From NCBI GenBank assembly GCA_038226715.1, contig JBBRQF010000004.1, positions 86,360 to 150,359 on the forward strand: 64,000 bases of DNA. Direction: 5' to 3'. Every line of letters starts with the position of its first letter. Position 1 is the stretch's first letter. Source of the DNA: Chitinophagales bacterium. Its GTDB lineage: Bacteria > Bacteroidota > Bacteroidia > Chitinophagales > Chitinophagaceae. Of this stretch, positions 38,184 to 48,114 are shown in pieces. The notes below the pieces were generated by a model. That model was not told the origin of the DNA. It did not search any database and saw nothing but the letters and a program-made list of their open reading frames with translations. A program made the position numbers and the translations under genes.

Positions 38184-40688
38184 ATGAAAAATCTTCTCAA
38201 ATTTACAATAATCCTGCTTTTTTGTTTTGTTAATTCTTTACAGGCACAAATTAAGCCCAGTACAGGCACCGAAAGATTAAACGGTATACAAAAAAGAAAA
38301 TTGCTTGAAAACGACACACTTTTAAACAGTATCAAATTCCGTAATGTGGGTCCCAGTATTATGAGCGGCAGGGTGGTGGATGTAGATGTTAACCCGGCCG
38401 ACCCTACTGAATTTTATGTGGCTTATGCCTCAGGCGGTTTATGGTATACAAAAAATAACGGACAAAGCCTGGTGCCGGTTTTTGATAAGGAAAATGTATT
38501 CAGTATTGGTGATGTTGCTGTTAACTGGCGCAACGGCACCATCTGGTTGGGCACCGGCGAAGCAAATAGCAGCCGTTCTTCTTATTCGGGTTTGGGCGTT
38601 TATAAAAGTACAGACAAAGGCAAAACCTGGGAATATCTTGGTTTACCCGAGAGCCATCATATTGGTAAAATAAGTTTACACCCAACCGATAATAATATTG
38701 CCTGGGTAGCGGTACTGGGGCATTTATATTCGCCCAATAAAGAGCGTGGTGTTTACAAAACTACCGATGGCGGTAAAAACTGGAAACAAACCCTATTTGT
38801 GGATGAAAATACAGGCGCTGCTGATATGGACATCAACCCAAAAGATCCCGATGAATTATATGCCGCCATGTGGTACCGCACCCGCAGGGCATGGAATTTT
38901 GAAGAGAGCGGAAAAACATCCGGCATTTATAAAAGTAATGATGGTGGCAATACCTGGAAGCCTGTAACTGCTGCCGGCAGCGGCTTTCCTGCGGGTGATG
39001 GAATTGGCCGTATTGGCGTGGCAGTTTTTGCAGCTAACCCAAATATTATTTATGCCACATTAGATAACCAGGGACACCGGCCAGATACCGCAAAGAAAAA
39101 AGTGGATACCAATTATGTGCTGAAGAATTTTAAAGACCTTACCAAAGAAAGTTTTGCCAATCTGGATAATAATAAATTAGACAGCTTTTTGGTTGACAAT
39201 AATTTTAAAGAAAAATATACCGCAGCAACTGTAAAAGAATTGGTTAAATCCGATAAAATAAAACCAACCGAAATTTATAATTACCTTTTTGATGCCAACA
39301 CCGCTTTATTTGAAACACCCGTCATTGGTTGCGAAATTTACCGCAGTGATGATGCAGGCGCCAACTGGCGAAAAGTAAATACCAAAGAACTGAACCTTTA
39401 CAATACCTATGGTTATTATTTTGGAAAAATATCGGTAAGTAATACCAATGCAGATAAGTTGGTGATAAGCGGATTTAATTTAATGTTGAGCACCGATGGC
39501 GGCAAAACTTTTGAAGGAACAGACAATGACGCCACGCACCCCGATTGGCATGGAGCATGGATGGATCCCAATAAGGACAGCCATTGGATTGCCGGTAATG
39601 ATGGTGGTTGCAATATATCCTACGATGATGGCAAACATTGGTTTAAGGCCAACACCCCATCGGTAGGGCAGTTTTATAAAATTGCAGTTGATGAAGCCAA
39701 ACCTTATAATATTTATGGTGGCCTCCAGGATAACGGCACCTGGTTTGGGCCGGCTAACAGTAAGGATAACGACCAGTGGGATTATGAAGGGGTATATCCC
39801 TGGAAACAGATAGGTGGTGGGGATGGTATGCAGGTAGTGATAGATACCAGGGATAATAAAACGGTTTACTCCGGATCGCAGTTTGGTTTTTATGGCCGCA
39901 GAAGTACAGATGGTGCTGGCAAACGTTTATTTATTTATCCAAGGCCCGACCTGGGCGAAGCTAAATATCGTTTTAACTGGCAAACACCAATCTGGTTAAG
40001 CAAACACAACCAGGACATTTTTTATTATGCTACCAATAAATTTCACCGCAGTTTACAAAAAGGAGAGAACCTGGAGACATTGAGTGGAGACTTAACCAAT
40101 GGCGGTACTGCAGGCGATGTACCTTTTGGCACCGCAACTACATTGGTTGAATCGCCGATGAAATTTGGGTTGATATACATTGGTACTGATGATGGCAATA
40201 TACAAATGAGTAAAGATGCCGGTTATACCTGGACAAAGATCAGCACCAGTTTACCCAAGACTGTGCAGGGTTTGTACGTAAGCCGTGTTGCGCCATCTGT
40301 ATTTAAAGAAGGCAGGATCTATGTTTCATTGAACGGTTACCGCAGCGATAATTTTGGCAGTTATTTATTTGTGAGTGAAGATTACGGAACTACCTGGATG
40401 CAGTTGGGCAACGACCTGCCGATGGAGCCCATCAACGTGGTGATTGAAGATCCAAAAAAGGAAAATATTATTTATGTGGGTACCGATAATGGGTTGTATG
40501 CTTCTTTTAATATGGGCAAAAATTTCATGACCCTGGATAACAACCTGCCCCGTGTGCCGGTACATGATATGGCCATACAGCAACGTGAAAATGAATTGGT
40601 AGTGGCAACGCATGGCCGCAGTATTTATATTGCTAAGTTGAAAGACATTTATAAATTTTATGATAAGCTGGCGGGGGAGAAGAAATAA
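38184..40688 (+). CDS. BNR/Asp-box (VPS10/sortilin-like) beta-propeller protein, putative glycosyl hydrolase
   Basis: True start at ATG 38184 (MKNLLKF signal peptide); many SxDxGxTW repeats; FRNVGP...SGRV. Confidence 0.85.
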   Translation: MKNLLKFTIILLFCFVNSLQAQIKPSTGTERLNGIQKRKLLENDTLLNSIKFRNVGPSIMSGRVVDVDVNPADPTEFYVAYASGGLWYTKNNGQSLVPVFDKENVFSIGDVAVNWRNGTIWLGTGEANSSRSSYSGLGVYKSTDKGKTWEYLGLPESHHIGKISLHPTDNNIAWVAVLGHLYSPNKERGVYKTTDGGKNWKQTLFVDENTGAADMDINPKDPDELYAAMWYRTRRAWNFEESGKTSGIYKSNDGGNTWKPVTAAGSGFPAGDGIGRIGVAVFAANPNIIYATLDNQGHRPDTAKKKVDTNYVLKNFKDLTKESFANLDNNKLDSFLVDNNFKEKYTAATVKELVKSDKIKPTEIYNYLFDANTALFETPVIGCEIYRSDDAGANWRKVNTKELNLYNTYGYYFGKISVSNTNADKLVISGFNLMLSTDGGKTFEGTDNDATHPDWHGAWMDPNKDSHWIAGNDGGCNISYDDGKHWFKANTPSVGQFYKIAVDEAKPYNIYGGLQDNGTWFGPANSKDNDQWDYEGVYPWKQIGGGDGMQVVIDTRDNKTVYSGSQFGFYGRRSTDGAGKRLFIYPRPDLGEAKYRFNWQTPIWLSKHNQDIFYYATNKFHRSLQKGENLETLSGDLTNGGTAGDVPFGTATTLVESPMKFGLIYIGTDDGNIQMSKDAGYTWTKISTSLPKTVQGLYVSRVAPSVFKEGRIYVSLNGYRSDNFGSYLFVSEDYGTTWMQLGNDLPMEPINVVIEDPKKENIIYVGTDNGLYASFNMGKNFMTLDNNLPRVPVHDMAIQQRENELVVATHGRSIYIAKLKDIYKFYDKLAGEKK

Positions 40689-40702
40689 TTGAAATGTTAT
40701 TT

Positions 40703-41662
40703 TTATTCAAATGCCAGCAAGGTTCTGTAAACTCCCTCTATTACTAAACCCATCCTGGATATATCGAGGTTAGCCAGTTTATCATTTGCTGTATGGTAAT
40801 TGTGATTTCTGTAAAATGATGTATTGGTGATCATGATGGCACTGTAACCAAAATTCCAATAATTTCTGTGATCGGAAAGATCGAGGCCGCCGAAAACAGC
40901 AGGAGCCCTCAATGATTTTGTGAGTATCGAATTATTCTTAAATGCAAGCTCCTTATATTTCTTAGCGAAGCCGCCACAAAATGATTTTTGTATGATGGTT
41001 ATAAAATTGCCTTTGTTTCCATAGAACCATTCCAGCATTCCCAATGGATATTCCTGTGAGTTTTCCTTATCGGAATAGTAACCGATCATCTCTATACTTA
41101 TCATGCCTTTAACGGCTATATCGGAATCATGAAGTGATCTTGCATGAATGTAGCTTCCCATATTTTTGGTATCAAAAAAAGGAGGTTCTTCCAGGGAGAA
41201 TGCGACAAGATCAATTCTGTACTTAAGCGGTTTATTATTCAGCAGCCTGGCCAATTCTAAAATTCCTGCCACACCACTGGCATCATCATCAGCACCGTCC
41301 TGGTTACCACAAACATCATAGTGTGCGCCAACGATTATCCTTTCGGCGTTTTCGGGGCCAAATGAAGCGATAATATTTTTATATGCTTTATTTCTGACTG
41401 TGAATTGCTGTGCTGAAACGCGGTTTGTGTATTTGCCAAATTCGGTTGAGATGCGGTCAGCAACAGAATCAAGAATTTCTGTATTCTGGTATTGCCGGGG
41501 CTTTGATGTATTGACGATCATTTCAAGGCACTTTTTTATGTTTATCGTGTCTGAAATATTTGTCAAAAGCTTTGGCTCAGCACTGTTGGGGTAGTTTTGA
41601 ATGGCAAATATGCCCGCCAGGATTAAAATTATCAGCGCTGTTATTTTCAGGAACCGTTTCAA
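40703..41662 (-). CDS. M28 family metallopeptidase
   Basis: TTG start; VGAHYD, GADDDASG, FSLEEPP, SLEMIG-like (SIEMIG), SDH, YHT motifs. Confidence 0.88.
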   Translation of the reverse strand: MKRFLKITALIILILAGIFAIQNYPNSAEPKLLTNISDTINIKKCLEMIVNTSKPRQYQNTEILDSVADRISTEFGKYTNRVSAQQFTVRNKAYKNIIASFGPENAERIIVGAHYDVCGNQDGADDDASGVAGILELARLLNNKPLKYRIDLVAFSLEEPPFFDTKNMGSYIHARSLHDSDIAVKGMISIEMIGYYSDKENSQEYPLGMLEWFYGNKGNFITIIQKSFCGGFAKKYKELAFKNNSILTKSLRAPAVFGGLDLSDHRNYWNFGYSAIMITNTSFYRNHNYHTANDKLANLDISRMGLVIEGVYRTLLAFE

Positions 41663-41722
41663 ATTGTAGTTACTTTAAAATGAGTATTAACGTAAATTAT
41701 ATGAGAGTTCTGAAATGAAACT

Positions 41723-41776
41723 GGGCGGCATTGCTTATGCCGGTTTTAACATGGTCTGACGTCCTCGTCTGACCAT
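41723..41776. terminator. Two adjacent hairpins after the TonB receptor stop
   Basis: CGGCAT..ATGCCG (41726-41742) and ATGGTCTGACG-TCCT-CGTCTGACCAT (41751-41776). Confidence 0.5.
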
Positions 41777-41777
41777 A

Positions 41778-44279
41778 TTAAAACCTCCCCACAATTTTAA
41801 AATTAACCAACCTCGGTGTTAACCTGTTGGGAATGGCGTACACATTATTTGCAAAATCTTTGATGAGCTGGTAAGAGATGGTATTGCGGCGGTCTATTAA
41901 ATTAAATACTTCAAAGCTTGCCCAGATATTTTCGAAACTGCGGAAGGGGCTGTGACTGCGGCGCTTGCTTTGTTCAGTGAGCAGTTGTGCGCTGAAGCCA
42001 ACATCAACACGTATGTAAGGCTCAATGGTAAGTGCATTGCGGTACTTAACACTGTTGGGAATATTATAGCTCATGTTGCTGCCATACAACAGGTTTAAAT
42101 GAAATTTAAAATTTTTGTTGGTGGTAAGGTAATCTTCTAAATATAAGCCGGCGGTTATTAAACGGTCGGTAGGACGGCGTACAAAACCTACAGTATTTTT
42201 TATGCTGTCAACTGCTACCTGGTCGGTGCTGTGCGAATTGATGATCTCGCCTGCAGCATTTTTATACTGGTAATAAAAATCATTGTCCAGGTTTTCTTTG
42301 GTTTGCATAATACCAATGCTGAACCAGCTCTCTGCATCTTTCACCAACTCACCAAAAACGCGTGCTTCAATACCGGTTGCATAGGCTTTGGCATCGTTGT
42401 TACCAACATAGCGGATCTTTACATTGTCAATATCATACACATCCACCTTGCTCATACTTTTGTAATAGGCTTCGGTGCTCAGGCGAAAGGGGCGGCCTTC
42501 CAAACCTTTAAAATTCCAATCCATACCGGCAACAACCTGGTAACTTCTTTGTGCTTTCAGATCGGTATTTACGGTGCCATCATACCGGCGCAACTCCCGG
42601 TAAAAAGGTGGCTGGTGATATGCACCTGCAGCCACTTTAAAGATCACGTCTTTTTTCCAGTTTGGTTTTACGCTAACCTGCATGCGTGGACTTATTAAAA
42701 ATTCTTTGTTGAGTGAATTATAATTGTAACGCACACCTGCCTGCAGGGTAATATCCCTGTTATTCTTTCCCAGGTTTATATTATCCTGGATATAATCACT
42801 GTATTTTTGAATGGAGAGATTGGCAGTGGAGTTTAATGATGTAAATAAATTAAGGTTCGCCGGGTTGTGCGGCAGTGAATAACCGGCACTGTCCTGGTAT
42901 TCCCATTCTTTCAATTTGTCGGAAATATTGGTTTGCTCAATACTGTTGCCAAACTGAATAAAATGTTTGCCTGTTGCATAACTTCCTTTAAGGTTGGCAT
43001 TGTACACGTTTATATTTAATTCGTTGCGGCCATAGTTTTGGTAATAACCTGCGCCAAGCGGGTTTACAATTTGTCCGTACGTGCTGCTGGTATTATCAAA
43101 ATCGCGGTCGCCAAATAAATAGGCGCCGGCTATATCAAAATTTTCATTCTCTTTATTTTGAAAACGGCTAAGCATCCACTTAAGCCTTAATTTTTTATTG
43201 GGCGTATGCACCAGGCTTAATCCGATGAGGTTTGTTTTGTAGCCGTCTCTTTCCTGTCCTTCAAAGGCAACATCCAGTCCCAGGTTGGCTGTAAAGAAAG
43301 GAGAGAAGACCGAAGTTGTTTTTTGTACCGACTCGGGAAAAAGGGTGAATTTGGTAACTGAGTAAGTGCCCAATAATTCAAGCTGTATTTTTTCGCTGAG
43401 TTTATAAGTGATAAATGCCTGCACATCTGATGAAGATGGAATGTAGGAACCAACTGTTTCCTGGCTTTTTAATAAATTTTTATTGCTGCGGTTGCGTACA
43501 CCAAGCAAGTAAGAGATCTTTCCTTTTTTTGCGGCACCTTCCAGGTGCAAACCCTGTTCTAACAAACTAACATACGCCGAGCCGCCAAAGCCTGATGGTT
43601 TTTTGTATTGAATATCCAATACGCTGCTCATTTTATCGCCATACTTTGCCTGGAAACCGCCGGTATAAAAATTTACATTTTTTGCCAGTTCAGGATTTAT
43701 AAAACTAAGGCCTTCCTGTTGCCCGCTGCGAACGAGGTAAGGACGAAAAATTTCAAAATCATTGATGTATATTAAATTTTCATCGTAGTTGCCGCCACGT
43801 ACACTGTACTGCGAAGTGAGTTCGTTATTGCTACCAACCAGTGTTTTGATCAGCCCTTCAATACCACCGATAGTGCTGGGTATTGTAAGCGCATTTTTGG
43901 GATTTATTTTAACAAGGCCGGTTTCGTTGCGTTCTTTTTCATTGCTGATCTCCACGGTTTGCAGGGTTCTGCTGCCACGTTCCATTTGTATGGTTATCTT
44001 TTCTTCTTCGCCATCACTCAGGTAAAAATTCTTTTGTACTTCGTTATAGCCTGTATAAGTAAATACAAGTGCAAAGGATTTGCCTGCCGGAACTTTAATG
44101 CTGAAACTGCCGCTGTCGTTACTGATAATGCCATTCGACTTTCCTAAAATTACTATCGATACTTTGGAGATCGGATGATCATTTTCGTCAACAATCCTGC
44201 CATTGATAAGGGCAGATCTTGTTTGAGAAAAAGTGCTGATGGTGAGCAGTAGTAATAAGCAGGTAAAGGCAGTTCTCAT
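41778..44279 (-). CDS. TonB-dependent receptor with carboxypeptidase-regulatory-like N-domain
   Basis: Signal peptide; plug SVRGGNYDENLIYIND, FYTGGFQAKYGDKMSSVLDI; C-terminal barrel ending in F. Confidence 0.88.
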   Translation of the reverse strand: MRTAFTCLLLLLTISTFSQTRSALINGRIVDENDHPISKVSIVILGKSNGIISNDSGSFSIKVPAGKSFALVFTYTGYNEVQKNFYLSDGEEEKITIQMERGSRTLQTVEISNEKERNETGLVKINPKNALTIPSTIGGIEGLIKTLVGSNNELTSQYSVRGGNYDENLIYINDFEIFRPYLVRSGQQEGLSFINPELAKNVNFYTGGFQAKYGDKMSSVLDIQYKKPSGFGGSAYVSLLEQGLHLEGAAKKGKISYLLGVRNRSNKNLLKSQETVGSYIPSSSDVQAFITYKLSEKIQLELLGTYSVTKFTLFPESVQKTTSVFSPFFTANLGLDVAFEGQERDGYKTNLIGLSLVHTPNKKLRLKWMLSRFQNKENENFDIAGAYLFGDRDFDNTSSTYGQIVNPLGAGYYQNYGRNELNINVYNANLKGSYATGKHFIQFGNSIEQTNISDKLKEWEYQDSAGYSLPHNPANLNLFTSLNSTANLSIQKYSDYIQDNINLGKNNRDITLQAGVRYNYNSLNKEFLISPRMQVSVKPNWKKDVIFKVAAGAYHQPPFYRELRRYDGTVNTDLKAQRSYQVVAGMDWNFKGLEGRPFRLSTEAYYKSMSKVDVYDIDNVKIRYVGNNDAKAYATGIEARVFGELVKDAESWFSIGIMQTKENLDNDFYYQYKNAAGEIINSHSTDQVAVDSIKNTVGFVRRPTDRLITAGLYLEDYLTTNKNFKFHLNLLYGSNMSYNIPNSVKYRNALTIEPYIRVDVGFSAQLLTEQSKRRSHSPFRSFENIWASFEVFNLIDRRNTISYQLIKDFANNVYAIPNRLTPRLVNFKIVGRF

Positions 44280-44346
44280 TATATGAAGATATATATATTT
44301 TGTGTTTTACAATGTGCTAAATTTATAGCTCAAAAATATAATACAG

Positions 44347-45240
44347 GTGATCAAAAGCATTTTAACCGCAGTTGTTATTTCGGCTCTTATTTTTTCCTGC
44401 AACAGCGGGGAAGATAAAACTTTTACAAAAAATGAAAGACGGGTTACCGAAGGCGATTCAAAAGGGAGTAATGCTAACCTGTTGTACCTGGATACGGCCG
44501 AAAATATTTATAATATCCTTTGCCAGGACTGGGTTTTAAAAGAAGATGCCGAAGGACTGGAAGGTATGAATGAAAGTTCGAAGTTTGAGATCCCCTACCG
44601 GAGTTTTTATTTTTCAACGAAAGGGACTTTTGTGAAGAACCCGAGAAATACTTTTGACTACGGTAACTGGATGTATGATGATGCCGCTAAAACAATAACC
44701 CTAAATAATACAATTGATAAAACGAAGGATATTTACAAGATAGCAAGGGTTACATCGGGTGAATTGACATTGGTGAATGCAGGCGTAAAAAGTGCTACCA
44801 ATTTAACCTTTATTTCATCAGAAAAGCGTTATAAAAATCCTGATGATGAGCCTTATTTTTTAGAGAATAACCGCTGGCGTATAAAACCAAATGCCAAAGA
44901 ATCAGACGCCGCCATTCAGCAGCGGCTGAAAGAAAATATCCATTTCTTTATTTTGTTTTATAGAAGCGCACTTGCAAAAGATGATAAGACGGTTTCTTTC
45001 TGGGGCCTGCCTTCCTGCTTTAAATGGTATGGCGGCGGTATCTTTTTAAAGAAAGAAAACGAGCTTAAAGAAAACTGGATAAGCTGTTTTTACAATAAAG
45101 ACCAGGCCATGCAGGCATATGCTCTTGCAGATAAATTATTAAGTCAGAAATATAATTGGCCCACGGGAGAATCAAACTGGCTGAAGTTAAACCTGGCTGT
45201 GGCCGAACTGATGTATAAAAAGATTGATGAGATACATTAA
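44347..45240 (+). CDS. Hypothetical lipoprotein (lipocalin-like N-terminal part)
   Basis: GTG start, lipobox LIFSC; LCQDWV...GNW pattern; fold assignment is tentative. Confidence 0.65.
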   Translation: MIKSILTAVVISALIFSCNSGEDKTFTKNERRVTEGDSKGSNANLLYLDTAENIYNILCQDWVLKEDAEGLEGMNESSKFEIPYRSFYFSTKGTFVKNPRNTFDYGNWMYDDAAKTITLNNTIDKTKDIYKIARVTSGELTLVNAGVKSATNLTFISSEKRYKNPDDEPYFLENNRWRIKPNAKESDAAIQQRLKENIHFFILFYRSALAKDDKTVSFWGLPSCFKWYGGGIFLKKENELKENWISCFYNKDQAMQAYALADKLLSQKYNWPTGESNWLKLNLAVAELMYKKIDEIH

Positions 45241-45273
45241 CCTCACCCCAACCCCTCTCCCAAGGAGAGGGGC
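45241..45273. repeat. REP-like CCTCACCCCAACCCTCTCC-CAA-GGAGAGGG hairpin
   Basis: CCCTCTCC/GGAGAGGG stem directly after stop codon; looser inverted relative at 17743-17781. Confidence 0.7.
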
Positions 45274-45340
45274 TTAGATATTAAGAAATATAAATATTTT
45301 CTACCTGTAAATTTCCCTTTGGAAATATAGCAAAGCAAAC

Positions 45341-45359
45341 ATTGCAACGCAGTTGTGAT
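45341..45359. promoter_or_regulatory. Imperfect palindrome ATTGCAAC-GCA-GTTGTGAT, candidate metalloregulator operator
   Basis: 8-3-8 dyad (6/8 pairs) about 40 nt upstream of the -7 box. Confidence 0.4.
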
Positions 45360-45399
45360 AAAACTTCAGGCATAAGTTAGTGGCGGATTTTAAAACCAG

Positions 45400-45407
45400 T
45401 ATTTTTG
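45400..45407 (+). promoter_or_regulatory. -7 promoter box (TATTTTTG) 4 nt before GTG
   Basis: TATTTTTG-CAAT-GTG. Confidence 0.6.
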
Positions 45408-45411
45408 CAAT

Positions 45412-45729
45412 GTGAAAATAATACTGTTCATATTAAGTGTATACCTGTTGGTTTTGCCAGGCATGGCTTGTGTAGAAAAGGATAACTGTTCGGATCCGTT
45501 ACAAAGTTCAGTAACAGCAACCAATGGCCATGCACAACATGAAGACGATGGCTGTGGTAATTTTTGTACTTGTTCTTGCTGTGTTCATATTGTCTCTGTA
45601 AATTTTCAACCTGCTTTACTGTTAATTGATAAAGCTGCAGTTAAAAGCAGGCAGTTTTCTTTTTATCATAATATTTCACTCCCTTCCAACTACTTTGGAA
45701 ATATCTGGCAACCGCCAAAGATGGTTTAG
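45412..45729 (+). CDS. DUF6660-like Cys/His-rich small protein preceding a TonB receptor
   Basis: Hydrophobic N-terminus, HAQHEDDGCGNFCTCSCC, C-terminal IWQPPK. Confidence 0.8.
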   Translation: MKIILFILSVYLLVLPGMACVEKDNCSDPLQSSVTATNGHAQHEDDGCGNFCTCSCCVHIVSVNFQPALLLIDKAAVKSRQFSFYHNISLPSNYFGNIWQPPKMV

Positions 45730-45772
45730 TTATGTAAACAATATTAATTGATCATCTTAAAAAATAATTTTA

Positions 45773-47953
45773 ATGCAAAAAATAATTACGTTGCTTTTGG
45801 CAACCTTAATGGTATATAATGCAACCGCACAAAATAGTTTTAGAGCGATAATAAAAGACAGCAAAACCGGGCAGCCTTTAACGGGAGCAACGGTGGTTTT
45901 ACAACATGCGGAGAAAGGCACTGCAGCCGATAGTACTGCATTTGTTGAATTAAATAATATCCCCAACGGAAAGCAGCGCATTACATTCAGCTTTGCGGGT
46001 TATGAAGCGGTATATAAAGAATTTGTTTTTCCATTGGCAGCTAAAAATGCCGTTATCATTTTGTTGACAGCGGTTGAGGAAGATATGGACGAAGTGATCA
46101 TACAAAGCACCCGTACCAGTCGTACCATTAATAACACGCCAACCCGTGTTGAAACCATTGATGGCGAAGAACTGGATGAAAAAAATAATATGCGGCCGGC
46201 CAACGTATCCATGCTGCTGCACGAAAGTACGGGCCTGCAGGTGCAGCAAACATCCGCCACCAGCGGTAATGCCAGCATACGGGTACAAGGACTGGATGGA
46301 AAATACACCCAGCTTTTAAAAGATGGTTATCCCAATTACGGAAATTTTACCAGCGGGCTGAGTATACTTGAAATTCCGCCACTGGATCTTAAACAGGTGG
46401 AAGTTATCAAGGGGCCAGCTTCAACTTTGTATGGTGGCGGCGCCATTGCAGGCGTGGTGAATTTTATTTCAAAAATGCCAGGCGAAAAGATGGAAGCAGA
46501 TCTTTTATTGAATCAATCGCATATTGGTCAAACAAATATAGGAACCTACCTGTCGCAAAAGAAAGGAAAGTTTGGGTATAGTTTTTTGGGACTTGTAAAT
46601 TTTCAGAAAGCTTATGATGTAGATAAAGATGATTTTTCGGAAATTCCGAAGAGTAATAATTTTACCATCAACCCCAGGTTGTTTTTTTATCCTGTTGAAT
46701 CCGTTAGTATCATGCTTGGCAACAGCTATACCCAGGGTAAAAATACAGGCGGTGATATGGAAGTGATTAAAGGAAGAACAAGTGTAGCGCATACTTATTC
46801 TGAAATAAATAAAACGAAAAGAAATACGACTACGCTTGAGATCGATAAAAAAATGAAAGCAGGAAAATCAGTAAAGCTGAAACAAAGCCTTGGATTTTTT
46901 GACAGGGAAATACAAATACCCGGCTATGATTTCGGAGGCGTGAATACCAACAGTTTCACCGACCTGTCGATGTTGTTTGTAAAACATAAGCATACGTTTA
47001 TTGGCGGGTTGAATATCGTGGTTGATAAATTTAAACAGGATAGTACCGGCGTTTTAAATGCGCAAACATTTACCGGTGGCATTTACCTGCAGGATACCTG
47101 GGATATAACAAACAGGGTAAAATTGGAAACCGGTTTAAGAGTAGACCACATGCGTTTTAAAAACAACAACTATAAAAAAAATCAAAGCTTTATTTTACCC
47201 AGGGTTTCAGCACTTTTTAAAATTTCGAATAAGTTCAGTTCCCGGATAGGAGGAGGTTTGGGCTATAAAACTCCAACGGTATTTACTGAAGAAACGGAAA
47301 CCTTGCAATACCGCAATTTGAAGGCATTAAACAATGTTGAGTCTGAAAGAAGTGTTGGCGGTACTGCAGATGTAAATTTCAAAACAAAAATTACGGGAGA
47401 TCTTTCTTTCAGTATCAACCAAATGTTCTTTTATACAAACATTAATAAGCCATTGGTATTGAGTTCGGATGCTTTTGGGAAGTACAGTTTTGCCAATGCT
47501 TCAAAATCCATTAGCAGCAGTGGATTTGAGACCAATCTTAAATTAATTTACAAGGAAGACCTGAAATTATTTGTTGGTTATACCTACACCTATGCAAAGG
47601 CCGGTTATTTGCCAGGCAATCAGTTTTTACGCCTGCTGCCAAATAATAAATTGAACCTCACGCTGATGTATGAGAAAGAAGATAATTTTAAATTGGGCCT
47701 GGAAGGATATTTAACAGGCAACCAGTATCTCAACAACGGAAGCAGCACGCCCTCATTTTGGGAGTTTGGTTTTATGGCACAAAAGACATTTAAAAAAGTA
47801 TCGCTGTTCATCAATTTTGAGAACTTCACCGATCAGCGGCAGAGCAAATACAAAACGGTGGTAAACCCGCCACATAGCAATCCGTCATTTGATGATATCT
47901 GGAATCATACGGAGGGATTTGTAGTGAATGGAGGAGTAAAAATTAAATTGTAA
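45773..47953 (+). CDS. TonB-dependent receptor, probable metal uptake
   Basis: Signal peptide, carboxypeptidase-regulatory-like domain, plug IRVQGLDGKYTQLLKDG and VEVIKGPASTLYGGGAIAGVVN; barrel. Confidence 0.9.
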   Translation: MQKIITLLLATLMVYNATAQNSFRAIIKDSKTGQPLTGATVVLQHAEKGTAADSTAFVELNNIPNGKQRITFSFAGYEAVYKEFVFPLAAKNAVIILLTAVEEDMDEVIIQSTRTSRTINNTPTRVETIDGEELDEKNNMRPANVSMLLHESTGLQVQQTSATSGNASIRVQGLDGKYTQLLKDGYPNYGNFTSGLSILEIPPLDLKQVEVIKGPASTLYGGGAIAGVVNFISKMPGEKMEADLLLNQSHIGQTNIGTYLSQKKGKFGYSFLGLVNFQKAYDVDKDDFSEIPKSNNFTINPRLFFYPVESVSIMLGNSYTQGKNTGGDMEVIKGRTSVAHTYSEINKTKRNTTTLEIDKKMKAGKSVKLKQSLGFFDREIQIPGYDFGGVNTNSFTDLSMLFVKHKHTFIGGLNIVVDKFKQDSTGVLNAQTFTGGIYLQDTWDITNRVKLETGLRVDHMRFKNNNYKKNQSFILPRVSALFKISNKFSSRIGGGLGYKTPTVFTEETETLQYRNLKALNNVESERSVGGTADVNFKTKITGDLSFSINQMFFYTNINKPLVLSSDAFGKYSFANASKSISSSGFETNLKLIYKEDLKLFVGYTYTYAKAGYLPGNQFLRLLPNNKLNLTLMYEKEDNFKLGLEGYLTGNQYLNNGSSTPSFWEFGFMAQKTFKKVSLFINFENFTDQRQSKYKTVVNPPHSNPSFDDIWNHTEGFVVNGGVKIKL

Positions 47954-48114
47954 ATGTTTCTGCAAATAAAAATAATCCCTCTCATTACTGAGGTAGTAAT
48001 TGTTTAAGCATATTTTATTATTTGAGATGCTTGGTTACTGCAAATTCTTGTCTTAATTTACTTGTAGTTTACAGATCATAATGATCATTTATTCACTTTT
48101 TAAAAATTAAAACT

